Positions 27,774-41,042 of a stretch of 64,000 nt of DNA are shown in pieces. Below the pieces are notes generated by a model, which was given only the letters and a program-made list of their open reading frames with translations, was not told the DNA's origin and ran no database searches. The DNA comes from Octopus vulgaris. Taxonomy: Eukaryota. The position numbers and the translations under genes are program-made. Numbering within the stretch: position 1 is the first letter of the stretch; each line of letters starts with the position of its first letter. The stretch lies in contig OX597821.1 of the NCBI GenBank assembly GCA_951406725.2, positions 88,598,001 to 88,662,000 on the forward strand, in the 5' to 3' direction.

Positions 27774-28412
27774 TTGTGTATGCATATGCGTATGTATTTT
27801 TATGTTTTTGTCTTTTAATATTATCTATGGCAGTTCTGAAATTTTCCTCCTGAATGCTATAGACTTTCTCGTTTTTGTTGTTACTTGGAACCACCACTGT
27901 TATTGTTATTACCATTATCCGTACGAATCATTATTTTTGTCAAGTAATTTATCGTGATGATATCATTATTATTCTTCATGTAATGTCAACAAAGAGAAAC
28001 GCATTGAACAATTATTGTGCCATTTATACAAAATTCTCACTTTCTCTCTTTGCATTCATACATTTATTTATAGCCTTATTTATGCGGGCTCGTGTGTATG
28101 TGTACGTGTGTATGTGTATGTGTGTGTGTAATTATTCCGACATATCCATGTGTAAAGTAGGAAAAGCCAGAAGATGAATACATTCAAACACACACACACG
28201 TACATACATATATATATATATATATATACATGTGTACACACACATTCACGCGTGTCAATGTAACCGAAAATGAAAAGTGAGAATGGGTGCACAATACATG
28301 CAGTAGAGTTTATGCGTTTGTATGAAGCCGATTGACTTTTCTCCTTAGCTACACGGTGTTCACGAAATACGTTCTTTTAGAGTGTCTGCAAGTGAAAACT
28401 TCATAACATATA

Positions 28413-28647
28413 TACATTTCTTTACTACCCACAAGGGGCTAAACACTGAGGGGACAAACAAGGACAGACACACGGATTAAGTCGATTACATCGACGCCAG
28501 TGCGTAACTGGTACTTAATTTATCGACCCCGAAATGATGAAAGGCAAAGTCGACCTCGGCGGAATTTGAACTCAGAACGTAACGGCAGACGAAATACGGC
28601 TACGCATTTTGCCCGGCGTGCTAGCGTTTCTGCCAGCTCGCCGCCTT
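28413..28647 (-). mobile_element. Full-length SINE family A with 16-bp TSD
   Basis: Reverse complement of aaggcggcgagctggcagaaacg... ; TSD aacttcataacatata at 28397-28412 and 28648-28663. Confidence 0.95.
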
Positions 28648-29860
28648 AACTTCATAACATATAGACTTGACATATTACTGGTTTCTGATGCTTGCTGGTT
28701 TACAAATGATAGGTATTGTTGAGCATTAGTTTTCTCTTCTGGTGTTGGTGAAAATCACACAGAGCGCTTCGTTAATCAATGTCAGTAGATCAAACTGTCA
28801 AGCTTGTAAAAACGCATTGGAAATTTGTATTTGAAACTGTTTAATAATGGCATATTTTGCGAAAATTCTGGACTGTAATTTAAAACCGCTAAGAGTCAAA
28901 TATCAGGAACAGACCCTGTGTTGTACGTCATTCGGTTTTTAACATTCTCTCCACGCAAAAGGAACTAATATATTGCATAGAACTACAAGTATCTAGGTTA
29001 TGAATAATAAATTTTCTACAAATAATTGTATATTTTCATGCATATACATTAGTATGCAGAAACGAGAAAAAGGGTGCTTAATACACGCAGTAATGTTTAT
29101 TCATTAGTGTATAATTCACTCGATCGTTACACCAAACTTCTCTTTGCATGCGATCATTGTGTGACATACCTCTGACCCGGTGTTTGCATAAAGGCATTAA
29201 TTATCAAGAACAGTGGTGGGTTTCACGAGTGTTTTTGTGTCTGCCATGCATAAACCACAATATTTGTTTCAAAATGTTGGTATTATTTAGCGTCTAACTC
29301 GTATGTCAAATGTTTTTCGTTTAGTTTTCAAGAGTAGTCGCCTGGTAAATTATCGGTACTTGTGGACAATTATTTGGATTTCTGCATATGCGTATATCTA
29401 GAGTATTATATATGGTAGTCAACATTATTATAGTCATCGAGTATGCAAGGCATTTGTAAATGTTTTCAGGTTGTGTCTATTAAAATAGTTTCTATACTTA
29501 CGTTTCGTAGGGAAGTGCTTCTAATTTGCGTTAGAAAATTTCTTGCTATATTAGATTATGAATGCAGGAATATTGGTGTGTAAATCAAATGATTTTATGG
29601 CAAGACACCTTCTTTTGGAAGAAAGTATTGGTGGGAAGTAAATGTGAATAGTTTGTTTTCTCTTTGAATCAGGTAGCAAGTAAAGTGTTGGGATATGGAA
29701 ACAAGCAGTAGAAATATTAAAACCATCTACTGCGAAACAGGTAAACACCATCCAAGTCAGACTGAAAGCACATAATGGAAATTCAAATGTAATTGCTTCA
29801 CTTTAGACGTTTTCATCTTCACTATATTTTACTCTATTTTCGCTTCTGAAATCCCCTCCT

Positions 29861-29894
<34 letters not shown>

Positions 29895-30617
29895 TGTGTC
29901 TATGTGCGTGTATGTGTGTGTGTGTGCGTGCTTGTGTGTGTGTATGAAGGAAGCTTTTCTTTCAAACGTCATGAAAAACATAAGTATGCTCGGGAGTTTC
30001 ATCGCTTATATTTTTTTTCCTATTTTACTGTTATTCCGTTATCAATGTTTCTAAACCTACAAGGTTATATCACCAAGTTGAAGTATTATCCGTGGCGTTT
30101 TTGATTGTCACATTTTGAATGCAATTAAGGATCAGGAACTAAAAGTTCTTGCTACTAATGGCACTGGCGTCAAAATATTTAGCATTTGGCACTTTCACAG
30201 TTAACACCAAGTTAATTTTAAAACGTTAGTCTCTGTTCCTAGTTTATTGTTAGAATGATGTTTGAAACTCAATTTTTGATTTTTATATTACTATCAATAA
30301 AACTTCGGCAGTTTTATTTTCATAATAATAAACCTGAAAAGAAGATAAACCTTTCAAAGTCTACTTGGAGGGGCAAATTTCTATACAAGTTAGAGGCGTT
30401 ATCAGCTAAGGGGTTTTCTATCTAGTTTTGTTCTGCATTCTGTTATGCAATATTTCAATGAAACCTTGTAACTATTCAAATGACAAGAATGTGTTATGCA
30501 TTTATACCTGATGGAAGAGTTTGAATCATGAAACGTATAACTTCCACGTTAGTGAAACCTCTGTTCCTAACACAGCCATTTTATGCCGAATTCTACAAAA
30601 GTTTCATGATGAAGAAT

Positions 30618-31040
30618 GAAGTCATGGTGAAGAAGTTTGTTTCCAAACGCCTGTGGTCTTGGGTTCAGTCCCACTGTGCGGCATCTTGAGCAAATGTCTT
30701 TCATTACAGCACTGGATCGACCAAAACTTTGTGAGTGGCTATGGTGGACGTACACTGAAAGAAGCTTTTCACTCCCACACGCGTGTTTGTGTGTGTGTGT
30801 GTGAATTTATATATGTGTGTAGGTGTGTTTGTGTGTATCTACGTATGTGTATCTTGATAATCGGCATTGATTTGTTTACGATTCACATAACTTAGCGAAT
30901 CAGCAAAGAAGACCGATAGATTTGTTCCAGGTTTAAGAAATAAGCACTGGAGTCTATTCGATCGAAAAAACCTTTCAAAGTGATGCCCCACGATGGCCGC
31001 AGTCCAATGAATGAGGTAGACAAAAATAAAATGAAAGAAA
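30618..31040 (+). mobile_element. SINE family B (diverged)
   Basis: gggttcagtcccactgtgcggcatcttgagcaaatg...gatggccgcagtc, homologous to the 3416 copy. Confidence 0.85.
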
Positions 31041-31127
31041 AAGTAGACCCAGCTATCCAAAAGCCTTTTGCTGTTATCGTTCAACCTCAGACCAAATAAA
31101 TTCACTTTGTGCTACATCTCTCATCTT

Positions 31128-31556
31128 CTATCTCTTATTTGTTTCAGTCACAAGACTGCGGCCATGCTGGAGCACCACCTTGTATTTTTAGTTGAATGAA
31201 TCGACCTCAGTACTTTTTTTTTAAAATAGTGGTACTTATTCTATCGGTCACTTTTGCCGAAACGTTACGGGGACACAAACACACCAACACCGGTTGTCAA
31301 GCGGTGGTGGTGGTGGGACAAATGCAGATACAAAAACATACTCACACACATACACACACACACGCACACACATATATATATACATATATACATACGACGG
31401 GCTTCTTCAGTTTCCGTCTACCAAATCCACTAACAAGGCTTCGGTTGGCCGCTGGTTGTAGTAGAAAACGCCTGCCCAAGATACCACACAATGGCACTGA
31501 ATCCGGAACCGTGTAGTTGGGAAGCAAGCTACTTACCACACAGCCACACCTGCTCT
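31128..31556 (-). mobile_element. SINE family B
   Basis: gtttcagtca..gactgcggccatgctggagcacc ... agctacttaccacacagccac is the reverse complement of the 3416 copy. Confidence 0.9.
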
Positions 31557-32223
31557 TAACAATATTGTAGGTGAAGTATTATCAAGTATAGCAAGTATAA
31601 CATTATCCTGTCCATGCATCAGATATTGCATTATCAAGTACAATGTCGTGATCGTATTGAACATTGAAGCCTGTAGTGGCTACATGCTTCAATGTTTAAT
31701 AAGATCTCCAGGAGAACTGACTGCTAATTCTAGCTGTTCGAGCGAGCATGTAGAAGCTAACTTATTGGTTCCTGGCATAATCTACGACGTTTCTCCTTTT
31801 TTTTTCTCTTAACGTTTAAATACTGGCTTGTATATTATACAGAAACACCATATTGTAGTCCGTTCATACAACAACGTAAATTTCAAGAGATGACGGTAAC
31901 ACCACTGGGCTGGTTGAGAAATCAGTTATATGATATCGGCCTACAACTGTAGAACGATGTTTTATCATCAAAGGACTGGTATGTAAGGTCTTATAGTTCA
32001 CATACTCTTTCACGCCACCGTCATATTGTCCAAGCAAGCAGCAAATAAAGATGGAAATCAGTTTAGATGATGCTTCACGCGTGTTTTCCCACTCATTTAA
32101 AGACAGAAGCTAGTAACAGTGGAGAAGAGTGATTCATGTCAGTACCAGGTTTTAATACTACTTTTGACTGTCAATGAATTTGAAGAATTAATGACCTTGC
32201 ATTGGATGGGTTCTTACACATGC

Positions 32224-32224
32224 T

Positions 32225-32282
<58 letters not shown>

Positions 32283-32619
32283 ATGTTGTTGTTGCTGATG
32301 CTGGTGGTGTTGTTGCAGTTGCTGTTTTGTTCATTTCCTTTTCTGTTGTCTTCTTTTCTATTTCCTTGCTCTCATCATTACCGCCACCACGACCCACCAC
32401 CGCCACCATCACCCACCACCATCACCCACCACCACCACCACCATCATCGTCACCTTTTTCTTCTTCTTCTTCTTCTCCTTCTTCTTCTTCTTCTTCTTCT
32501 TCTTCTTCTTCTTCTTCTTCTTCTACTACTACTACTACTACTACTACTATTACTAATAGTAGTCACTTTCTTTTCTTCTTCTTCTTCTTCTTCTTCTTCT
32601 TCTTCTACTACCACCACCA

Positions 32620-32685
<66 letters not shown>

Positions 32686-33830
32686 TTTCCTTTTTTTCCT
32701 TCTTTTTCCCCCGCATCTGTCAAACTTTCTGCCTGTCCTTATTAGAGGTCTACTACCACAAGCAATAACAACATCAAGAAAAAGCAACGCCATTCCAGTC
32801 CCCAACATCGGCACCACCACCACCACCACCACCACTACCACAACAGCAACAGCAACAACACCAACGTCACAACCACTTCATCTCTAATCCCTACATCGCA
32901 ACCACAATCATCACATCTGTCCCTATCTGCACCAAAATAACCACCACCACCACCACCACCCCTCACCACCACCGCCACCCCCAACACCGCCGCCGCCACC
33001 ACCACAACCACCACCATCACCACCACCACCACCACTATTATCCTTATCTTTGTCTCAACCATTCAGCCTTCACCACCACCACCACCACCAACACCATCGC
33101 AGTAATCATTACATTCTTCATCAAAATAGCCTTGGCCATAACCATTGGCGCAACCATTATTCTCCTCGCCTCTACAATTCGCCATACCTTTCCACAGCCA
33201 CTTACATCTTCGCTAACCACAGCAGCAGCACCAGCAACAACACCACCACCAACACCAACATCTGCAAGAACTACAAAACCGTCACTACCACCACTACTAC
33301 TCTCGCTGGCACTGCTACGATCGCCACCAATGGCAGCACCACCATCACCACATCCACTGACACCACCACCAACACCAACAACAACGACAACGACATCGCC
33401 ACCACCATCACCACTACATCCGCCGCCACTACCACCACCACCACCACCGCCGCCGCCATCACTACCGCCGCCACCATCACTACGATCACTACCACCGCCA
33501 CTGCCACTACCACCACCACCACCACTATCGTCGCCACCATCACTACGAACACATCCACTGCCACCACCACCACCAACAACACCACCACCATCAGCAACAA
33601 CACCACCACCAACAACACCACAACCACCAACCATCACCGCCACCACTACATCCGCCGCCACCACCACCGCAGCCACCATCACGACGACGCCGCCGCTGCC
33701 ACCACTACCGTATCCACTCTCACCGCCGCTGCCGAATCCACCGCCGCCGCCGCAGCCTCCAACATCACCACTACCACCACGACCACCGCCGCCGCCGTTG
33801 CCACCACCACCACCGTCACCACCACTACCG
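32224..33830. repeat. Mosaic trinucleotide / cryptic simple-sequence domain ((GTA)n, (TTC)n, (ACT)n, degenerate (ACC)n)
   Basis: Direct read; long ORFs in several frames and both strands are homopolymeric. Confidence 0.9.
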
Positions 33831-34160
33831 ATCTTGTGTCACAAACCACGTTTACAATTAAACAACGAACATAGCACATCCTACCCAGTCCCCTGACACC
33901 CTTTTCTCAGCAGTCGTCCACACGAGTCGATGATTTTGGCCATTTTTATTGCGGTGGTAGTGGTGGTAGTGGTGGTAGCCAGACTGGTGATGGCGATGGT
34001 GATGGTTATGCTGGTGCTGGTGGCTGGAAAGGGCCATATGATCGGAGTGGACATGGCAGGTGGTAAAAGTTACTGCTGCTCAGACGTTCAGACATCTAAT
34101 GAAATCCCAGATAAAGACACAACGCATTAAAGTGCTCTGCAAACATGGCTGTCTTTTAAA

Positions 34161-34273
34161 TGACCATAACCGGCCACAATTGATAATAACTGACGGTTAG
34201 TGGTGATAACTGATGATAACTTACGATAATTTGCCATAGCTGACCATAGCTGGCCATAACTGACCAAAGCTGA
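34161..34273. repeat. Degenerate 10-bp minisatellite, 11 units, consensus about TGACCATAAC
   Basis: tgaccataac cggccacaat tgataataac tgacggttag tggtgataac tgatgataac ttacgataat ttgccatagc tgaccatagc tggccataac tgaccaaagc. Confidence 0.85.
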
Positions 34274-34339
34274 GATTCCTGGCATTGGTGTCTTCGAATA
34301 CTTTTATACGTCGGATTTGTGACCGAGCATCTGTTTCAT

Positions 34340-35450
34340 ACAACTTAAATTTATTCCAGCTTCCTCCTGTCTCTCTCTCCTTCTCTCTCTCCCCTTCTCT
34401 CTCTCTCTCCCTCTCTCTCTCTGTATCATATTCTCTCTTACTCTATTCTTCAAACATAGTACTTCTCTCTCCCTCTCTCTCTTCCTTCTTCTCTCTCTTT
34501 CTCCCATACTATTCCTTTTTCTATCACTCTTTATACAACCGTCTATCTCGCACCTGCCAGTCACTCTCGCTGGCATTCTTATCCCAATACTTATAAATCT
34601 CATGGCTCTACAATTCCTCTTCAATTCACTCGCTTTCTTTCTTATTCTAGTCGCTCTCTCTCTCTCTCTTTCCTCACACATTACCATTCTCACATGCTAC
34701 CACTTTTTCACATTTCGTTCCCTCTCAGTTTACTATTGCAGGCTGTCTCTCTTCGATCTTGTACATTTTTATCTCCCTTCCAAACTCCTCTCCTAGCCAC
34801 TCAGTCTGTCTGTCTGTCTGTCGGTATCTCTCTCTTTCTCTCTCTCACACACACACAACTTCCAAGTCTAATATCACTTTCCTCTTTCAACCATTGACCA
34901 TCCTCTCTGAAACACTCACTCCTCTGCCTACTACTCTCTCTCTTTTTCGTTTTTTCTCCCTTCTATTTACTCTTACTCACTTTCTCTCCCCCCCTCTCTC
35001 TCTCTCTCTCTTTCTCCTTCATTCATCTACCTCTCCTAATCACATACAATCTCCTCTGTACCACACTCACTACAGTTTCATACCTATAAATCCTCCCTTC
35101 GTCTTCTTGACAAACACTCTCCTTATAATATCCAATTATATGCACACTTACCCTCTTTTTCTTCTCAATTCCCCTTTCACTGCCGCCTTTCCTCTCCCTA
35201 CATCTCTCCTCTACTTCATCACTTACTTCCCACCTTATTCGAGTGCCAAGCATTTCTTACTCTCTCTCTCTCCATCTTCTCTCTGCTCTTTTCAGTTACA
35301 CTTTCTTCGATATCTCGCATTCTATTTCTCACTAAATTTACATCCGTTTCTCTCGTTTTCTCCTTATATGCATTCCTCTCTTTCTTCTTCACTGCTCACT
35401 CTATTTCTTACCGTAGGTTTTATTCAGCATTTGCCTTATTTTCTTCATTC
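34340..35450. repeat. ~1.1 kb polypyrimidine (CT-rich) low-complexity tract
   Basis: Plus strand is dominated by C/T with (CT)n runs and very few G. Confidence 0.85.
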
Positions 35451-35594
35451 CTGATTTTTTAAAAAATTGTATTTCGTCGTCTTCCCACCTTCACCAACAC
35501 GAGCCACGAACATCACCTTCATAACACATTTATTGACATCATCAGCATCATTATCGTCGCCGTCGCCGTCGTTGTCCAGATCCCCATTGTTTTT

Positions 35595-35601
35595 TACTAC
35601 T

Positions 35602-35658
<57 letters not shown>

Positions 35659-35940
35659 GCCACCACCATCACCACCACCACCACCACTACTACTACTACT
35701 ACTACCACCACCACCACCACTACTACTACTATTACTACTACTACTACCACCACCACCACCACCGTCACCACTATTACACCACCACTACCACCACCACCAC
35801 TACCACTACTACTACTACTATTACTACTGCTACAACCACCACCACAACCACCACCACCACCACCAACAACAACAACAAAAACAACAATAACAACACCACC
35901 ATCACAATCCTCATCATCATTACTGTCCCCAACATCATCC
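35595..35940. repeat. (ACT)n/(ACC)n/(ACA)n compound microsatellite
   Basis: Direct read. Confidence 0.95.
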
Positions 35941-36992
35941 TTTTAGCATCTGAACGTTTGCTAGGCTTCCACTACACAGTGCCGACCAGGTTGAAGCTGA
36001 CGGTGAAGGCTAATCCACGCATACAGTATTAGCTTGGTGGACAACAAGTGTGACAATGACAAGGGAACATTAGTCGGCATCTACCATGACGGTGAGAGAC
36101 ATTTCTTCTGGAAGACGTTTAAAAGGGGGATTATGGACAACTTGCAAAACGCCCCTGGCCTTGCTGGGGTACATGTTCGTGATACGATCTGCTGACGAGG
36201 CCATGCTTTCAAACAAAGATATCGTTAATAGTCGACACGCCGATTTATTTCTTCTATACTAAGAAACGGCTGTCTTTACAGGTTCGTGATGCGGTCTGCA
36301 GAGATGGCCGCGTTGGAACCATCAACAATGAGATCTGTCTGAGGTGAATGACAGTCGATGCGTCCGCATTTGCTGGATTTAGAATTCGCGCTGCGATTCA
36401 GTTATCACTTGATGAACTGATCTGGCTTTAAAACGAAGATATCGTAATAATCGACACGACACTTTCTTTCTTTTATACTACTCGCACTGTCTTCCCCTTT
36501 TTGCTGACTTCCCCTTTGTTTTAGACATAGTTAAAAACCTCGAGACAAGGACAGAGTGCTCCCTACAAGGTAAACCTGAATCAGGTTTAAATAATAATTA
36601 AATCCGAATGCGCGTGTACAGGGATAAATAAAGTTTCCTCTTGTAAACTTGATGAAATCTAGGTGAGGATAGTAAAACTGTAATAGGATTTACTCTATAT
36701 TTTGAGGTTGTGGGATAGAAGTCAGAAGTATGAGTGGTAACTTAGATTTGGTGTGACAGATTAATGTCGACCTTTCGAGTCGGATGCCTTTATGTTTATC
36801 CGTCATTTGGTGATCCCTCCTTATTTTGCTTTTCTTTTTTGTTATGGATATTTTTCTGATAATTCATTATTAATAATGGTTTCATATTTCATTTTCATTC
36901 GAAATAAATCCCTTCCTCTTTTTGCGTTTTGTTCTTGTACTGTTCCCAAAGTTTTGGACTCATGCCACTAATAAATTATCATTATTAGTATT

Positions 36993-37024
<32 letters not shown>

Positions 37025-38100
37025 GGTGGTGGTGGTTGTTGCTGTTGTTGTTGCTGTTGCTTGCTTGCTACTGATCTCTTTAATACTGGATTTTAACTAG
37101 TTTCGACTGAGTTGTCTATCCAAAATTTATCCTACCGGAAATAATGCTCTTTGGAAAATTTTTCTAGTTTGAAAACATCACACCAAATCAAAATGGTGGT
37201 ACAGAACTCCAACATAAACAGCGATATTTAAGATGAAAGTAATTCCACCAAAGTGAAACAGAAAATTAATGGAAACGTTTTACAGCAATACAGATGCACT
37301 TGGAAGGAGGAAACATTGATAATTTTTTAGAGATTCATTATATTAGGAATGGTCTTGGCGATTCACTTACCAAATAAATGAACAAATAAATAAATAAAGA
37401 GGGTAAAAACATTACGTACATTAACATATCCAAATATTTTTCAAAATTTTAGTCAAGAGTGACAGCAGAGCCTCCGAGGCTGTGGACAGAGAGAATGCCG
37501 CAAATTTTGATGTCAGGTTTCTTCAAGCTGGGGACCCGTCTCGAGTGTCTGTAACAGAATGAACTCAAATAAAGGTACACTATCTGCCGATGTTTCTTTT
37601 AAAACGGGCGACGAACTAAATCTACAACTCAAGTAGGCCATTGAATTCAGAACGTAAAGGGCCGAAACATATATCACAATATCTATGTTCTACGGTTCTG
37701 CCAGTTTACCGCTCTGGATCAGTACTTTTTATCAAGGCCGGAAAGAATTAAGAAAGAGTTTGTGCCACCGATATTTGAACTCAGAGTGCATGAGTCGGAA
37801 CAAATTTTGCGATACATTTTATCAGAGCTCTAACGACCCTGCCTGTACGCTGCTTAAGGCTTTTTGCGACAGAAACATATGCTTTTCTATCCAAACATGC
37901 CAAACTAGTAAACTGATAAGAGAAATCAAGAAAATAACCCAGCTGAGACTTAGCAATGTTTATAGGCTTTCCTTGTGTTCTCCTGAGAATAATTTGGTGC
38001 ACTTCTCATTAATATATGGTGTAGTACGAAATGGGCGAAGAGACTGGCTACGTGAGTGTGGATAAACCAGTCCATGTACTGCGTCGATGGTATTTAGAAG

Positions 38101-38335
38101 GCGGCGAGCTGGCAGAAACGGTAGCACGCCGGGCGAAATGCGTAGCCGTACTTCGTCTGCCGTTACATTCTGAGCTCAAATTCCGCCGAGGTCGACTTTG
38201 CCTTTCATCCTTTCGGGGTCGATCAAATAAGTACCAGTTACGCACTGGGGTCGATATAATCGATTTAATCCGTTTGTCTGTCCTTATTTGTCTTCTCTGT
38301 GTTTAGCTCCTTGTGGGTAGTAAAGAAATAGGTAT
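38101..38335 (+). mobile_element. Full-length SINE family A with 13-bp TSD
   Basis: gcggcgagctggcagaaacg...gagctcaaattccgccgaggtcgactttgcctttcatcctttcggggtcgat...aaagaaata; TSD ggtatttagaagg at 38089-38101 and 38331-38343. Confidence 0.95.
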
Positions 38336-39675
38336 TTAGAAGGGCGAAACACGAGTATCAGAGTAAATAAATCAAGGATGATGATGATGATCACTAATTA
38401 GATATCACTTCCGGAGAAGGATATGAACAAATGTTCAGCACGGACGAAATTTTTGGCGACATGATTGTGTACAGTCTTCATGACCGCCACCATCTACTGC
38501 AAAATATTGACAGAGGCGTGCACTGGAGTGCATGCTGAGAGAAAGCATTTATAACTGGTCATTCACGACACAGAGAAAAGAAACAGTTGATACATACACA
38601 GAAGTGACAGGCTTTGAGAGTTGTCTGCTCAAGGAACATAGGGATAGAAATAGTAGCAAGTAATACATCTTTGTGTTCTTAGAACACCTACAAATGCAAC
38701 TCTGGAAACATCCTTTTCTCCAAGAAGAGCTGCATAGGAAAACAGCAGATGCTCTCCTTTGGTCACAACCAGTAGCGTTACCTGTAGATTCTTGCCGGTA
38801 AAATGAAGATGGATAGCTAGTAGCAAGAGCAGGCAAGTGAGACAGGTTTGAGGCAAGAAAATGAAAGGAGACTAGCAAAGCATTAAGAAAATATACTGCA
38901 AAAGAAAGGCTAGAAAGTGAATGAGAATAACTACACTACAACCAGCATCACGCTGAGTCGCACAGTTCTTCGAGCCACGAAAGTCTGATGGAAAACTTAT
39001 AGGATTTATTGGACTATTTCGGGATAATCTCACTACAAATTAGCGAGGAGATAGCGAGGAGATATGATCCGAAGAAGTAGAAAACGTGAAGGACATGGCA
39101 TTAATAAAAGCCTTCTAACAATATTACCAGCGACTTTATGTAGGCCAGTGATCATACCACTTCTCTAATACATTTATGGCTTTGTGTCAAGTTTAGACAT
39201 TTTTATTACTATAATAACTTCAGTGGAATGACAAAAACAGTTGATTTCTCATTGAAAACCGTACAGTATATACTATCCTTAACCCTTTCGTTCCTTCGTT
39301 CCACTCTGTGCAAACGTTCGGAATAGGTCTCTGGTTTGATGATAACTCGATAATTTTATGTGCTGTTTCATAACAGCAGAAACCGGATAATTCGTAGTTC
39401 CTCGCTGTTTCTCCACCACACATATTTGAGCAAAAACTGTGGGCATTGACGTCCAGGCAGTGACTAAACCATAAAAACTAAATATTCTGAATTAAAAATC
39501 CTCTAGAGCTTCCTTTATGCTCATATACATGGAGTCAATAAAATTAGTATCTGTTAAGTATTGCTGCGCATTCATTCCCCTGTAAAGTTTTCGTAGAAAT
39601 GGCTGACCTAAGTTACAAGGAAAAATAACGATCATTCTTATCACATCTATACACACACTATCTCTCTTGCCCTAC

Positions 39676-39676
<1 letters not shown>

Positions 39677-39763
<87 letters not shown>

Positions 39764-39920
39764 ATCTATCACAGTCTCTGTCGCCTTCTTCTACCTCTTC
39801 TTCTTTTTCTTCTTCTCCTTCTTCTTCTTCTTCTTCTTCTTCTTCATCATCTTCTAATTCTTCTTCTAACTCTTCTTCTTCTTCTTCTTCTCTTCTTCTC
39901 CTTTTCCTCCTCCTTCTCCT
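39677..39920. repeat. (ATCT)n followed by degenerate (TTC)n
   Basis: Direct read. Confidence 0.95.
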
Positions 39921-40075
39921 CCCCCCCTCTTTTTTTCGTTCTTTTCTCTTTAGTTTATTCTCCTATCTTTAGCACATACTGCCTGCTTGCAATATATACG
40001 TAATAGTCACAGAATTAACGGAAACATGTTGAGAAGAATAATAATGTGCACACATCCAGCTTCTCCTTCCTCCCC

Positions 40076-40112
<37 letters not shown>

Positions 40113-41001
40113 TTAAATACTTACACACATACATATATCCCGAATCATCAATTTCTCTAATGAAAACGTTATACTAAATAGCGTAGACTTTGCTTCTTCA
40201 ACTTAAATTCGGTAAACGAAAACAAGCAATATTAATATATTAGTATTGATTTAATTGACTAACCCCTTTCTTCTTTAAACAGTTTCTTTGTATGTAGAGA
40301 CATCAGAAGAAAAAGGAAAACCAATGAGCTAAAGCAGACAGAAGGGTAACATTATATTCTCTGAAGTTTTCAGTTTAATTTTATTAGTTTCATTTTATTC
40401 TTCTCTTCATCTATGACGTCATTGGCAAATTTTGGATTTCGAATTAAAAGCCAAATGAATTTTTTCAAGCAGAGAGTGCTTGTAATTGTCATGGACATTG
40501 CTCCTTTTCGTCTGTCTAAGTTACAAGAAAATCTTTAGGCTAAAGAGACTAGCATCTACGAAACATGTCCGTCAATTTATCGTGAGGTGTTCTTTCTTTC
40601 CACTCTGCTTGTGTACCAGGCTGGAATCAAACTAATGTCATTTATTCCTAAACTAAGAGGTACAGAGTTCTTAGACATCAAACTATAAGCCAATGCTACA
40701 ATCTAGCGGTTTGCATTGATAATTAGCTCTTTAAGGGGTTTCTTCTAATTACAAATAAATGCATTTAGCCTAAATCCAACCTATACTCATGAATATCATA
40801 TGCAGCATAATCACTGATTACATTTCATATTTATGATTCATTACTATTAAATATATTAACTTCAGCTTTTTTTTTCTTTATCCACGCTGGAGAAACAAAC
40901 GTTGGGCAGATTAGCATTTGAACTCTGTAAGCAATGATGGCGATTGATGTTCAAAGCGATCCCTAGGTAGTGTGTGTGTGTGTATAAGCGAACCCTAGGT
41001 A

Positions 41002-41038
<37 letters not shown>

Positions 41039-41042
<4 letters not shown>

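Noticed and set aside
30157-30195. aatggcactgg / tttggcact resembling miR-183/96 seeds; also tagcaccattt at about 1954 resembling miR-29
   Set aside because: Similarity stops after about 11 nt and no precursor hairpin is visible.
33044-33896. Long Pro-rich (254 aa), Thr-rich (274 aa) and Gly/Val-rich ORFs suggesting a formin, mucin or extensin
   Set aside because: Open simultaneously in several frames on both strands because degenerate (ACC)n lacks stop codons; no domain, signal peptide or convincing splice sites.
34759-35454. 231-aa Leu/Ser/Phe-rich ORF resembling a membrane protein
   Set aside because: Artefact of a CT-rich tract.
38400-39000. Purine-rich stretch with faint RTE-like translation (LSFGHNQ..)
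   Set aside because: Too degraded to support a call by eye.
39280-39300. ttaa-ccctt (piggyBac-like end), and aaggg-ttaa at about 7048
   Set aside because: No matching opposite terminus nearby.
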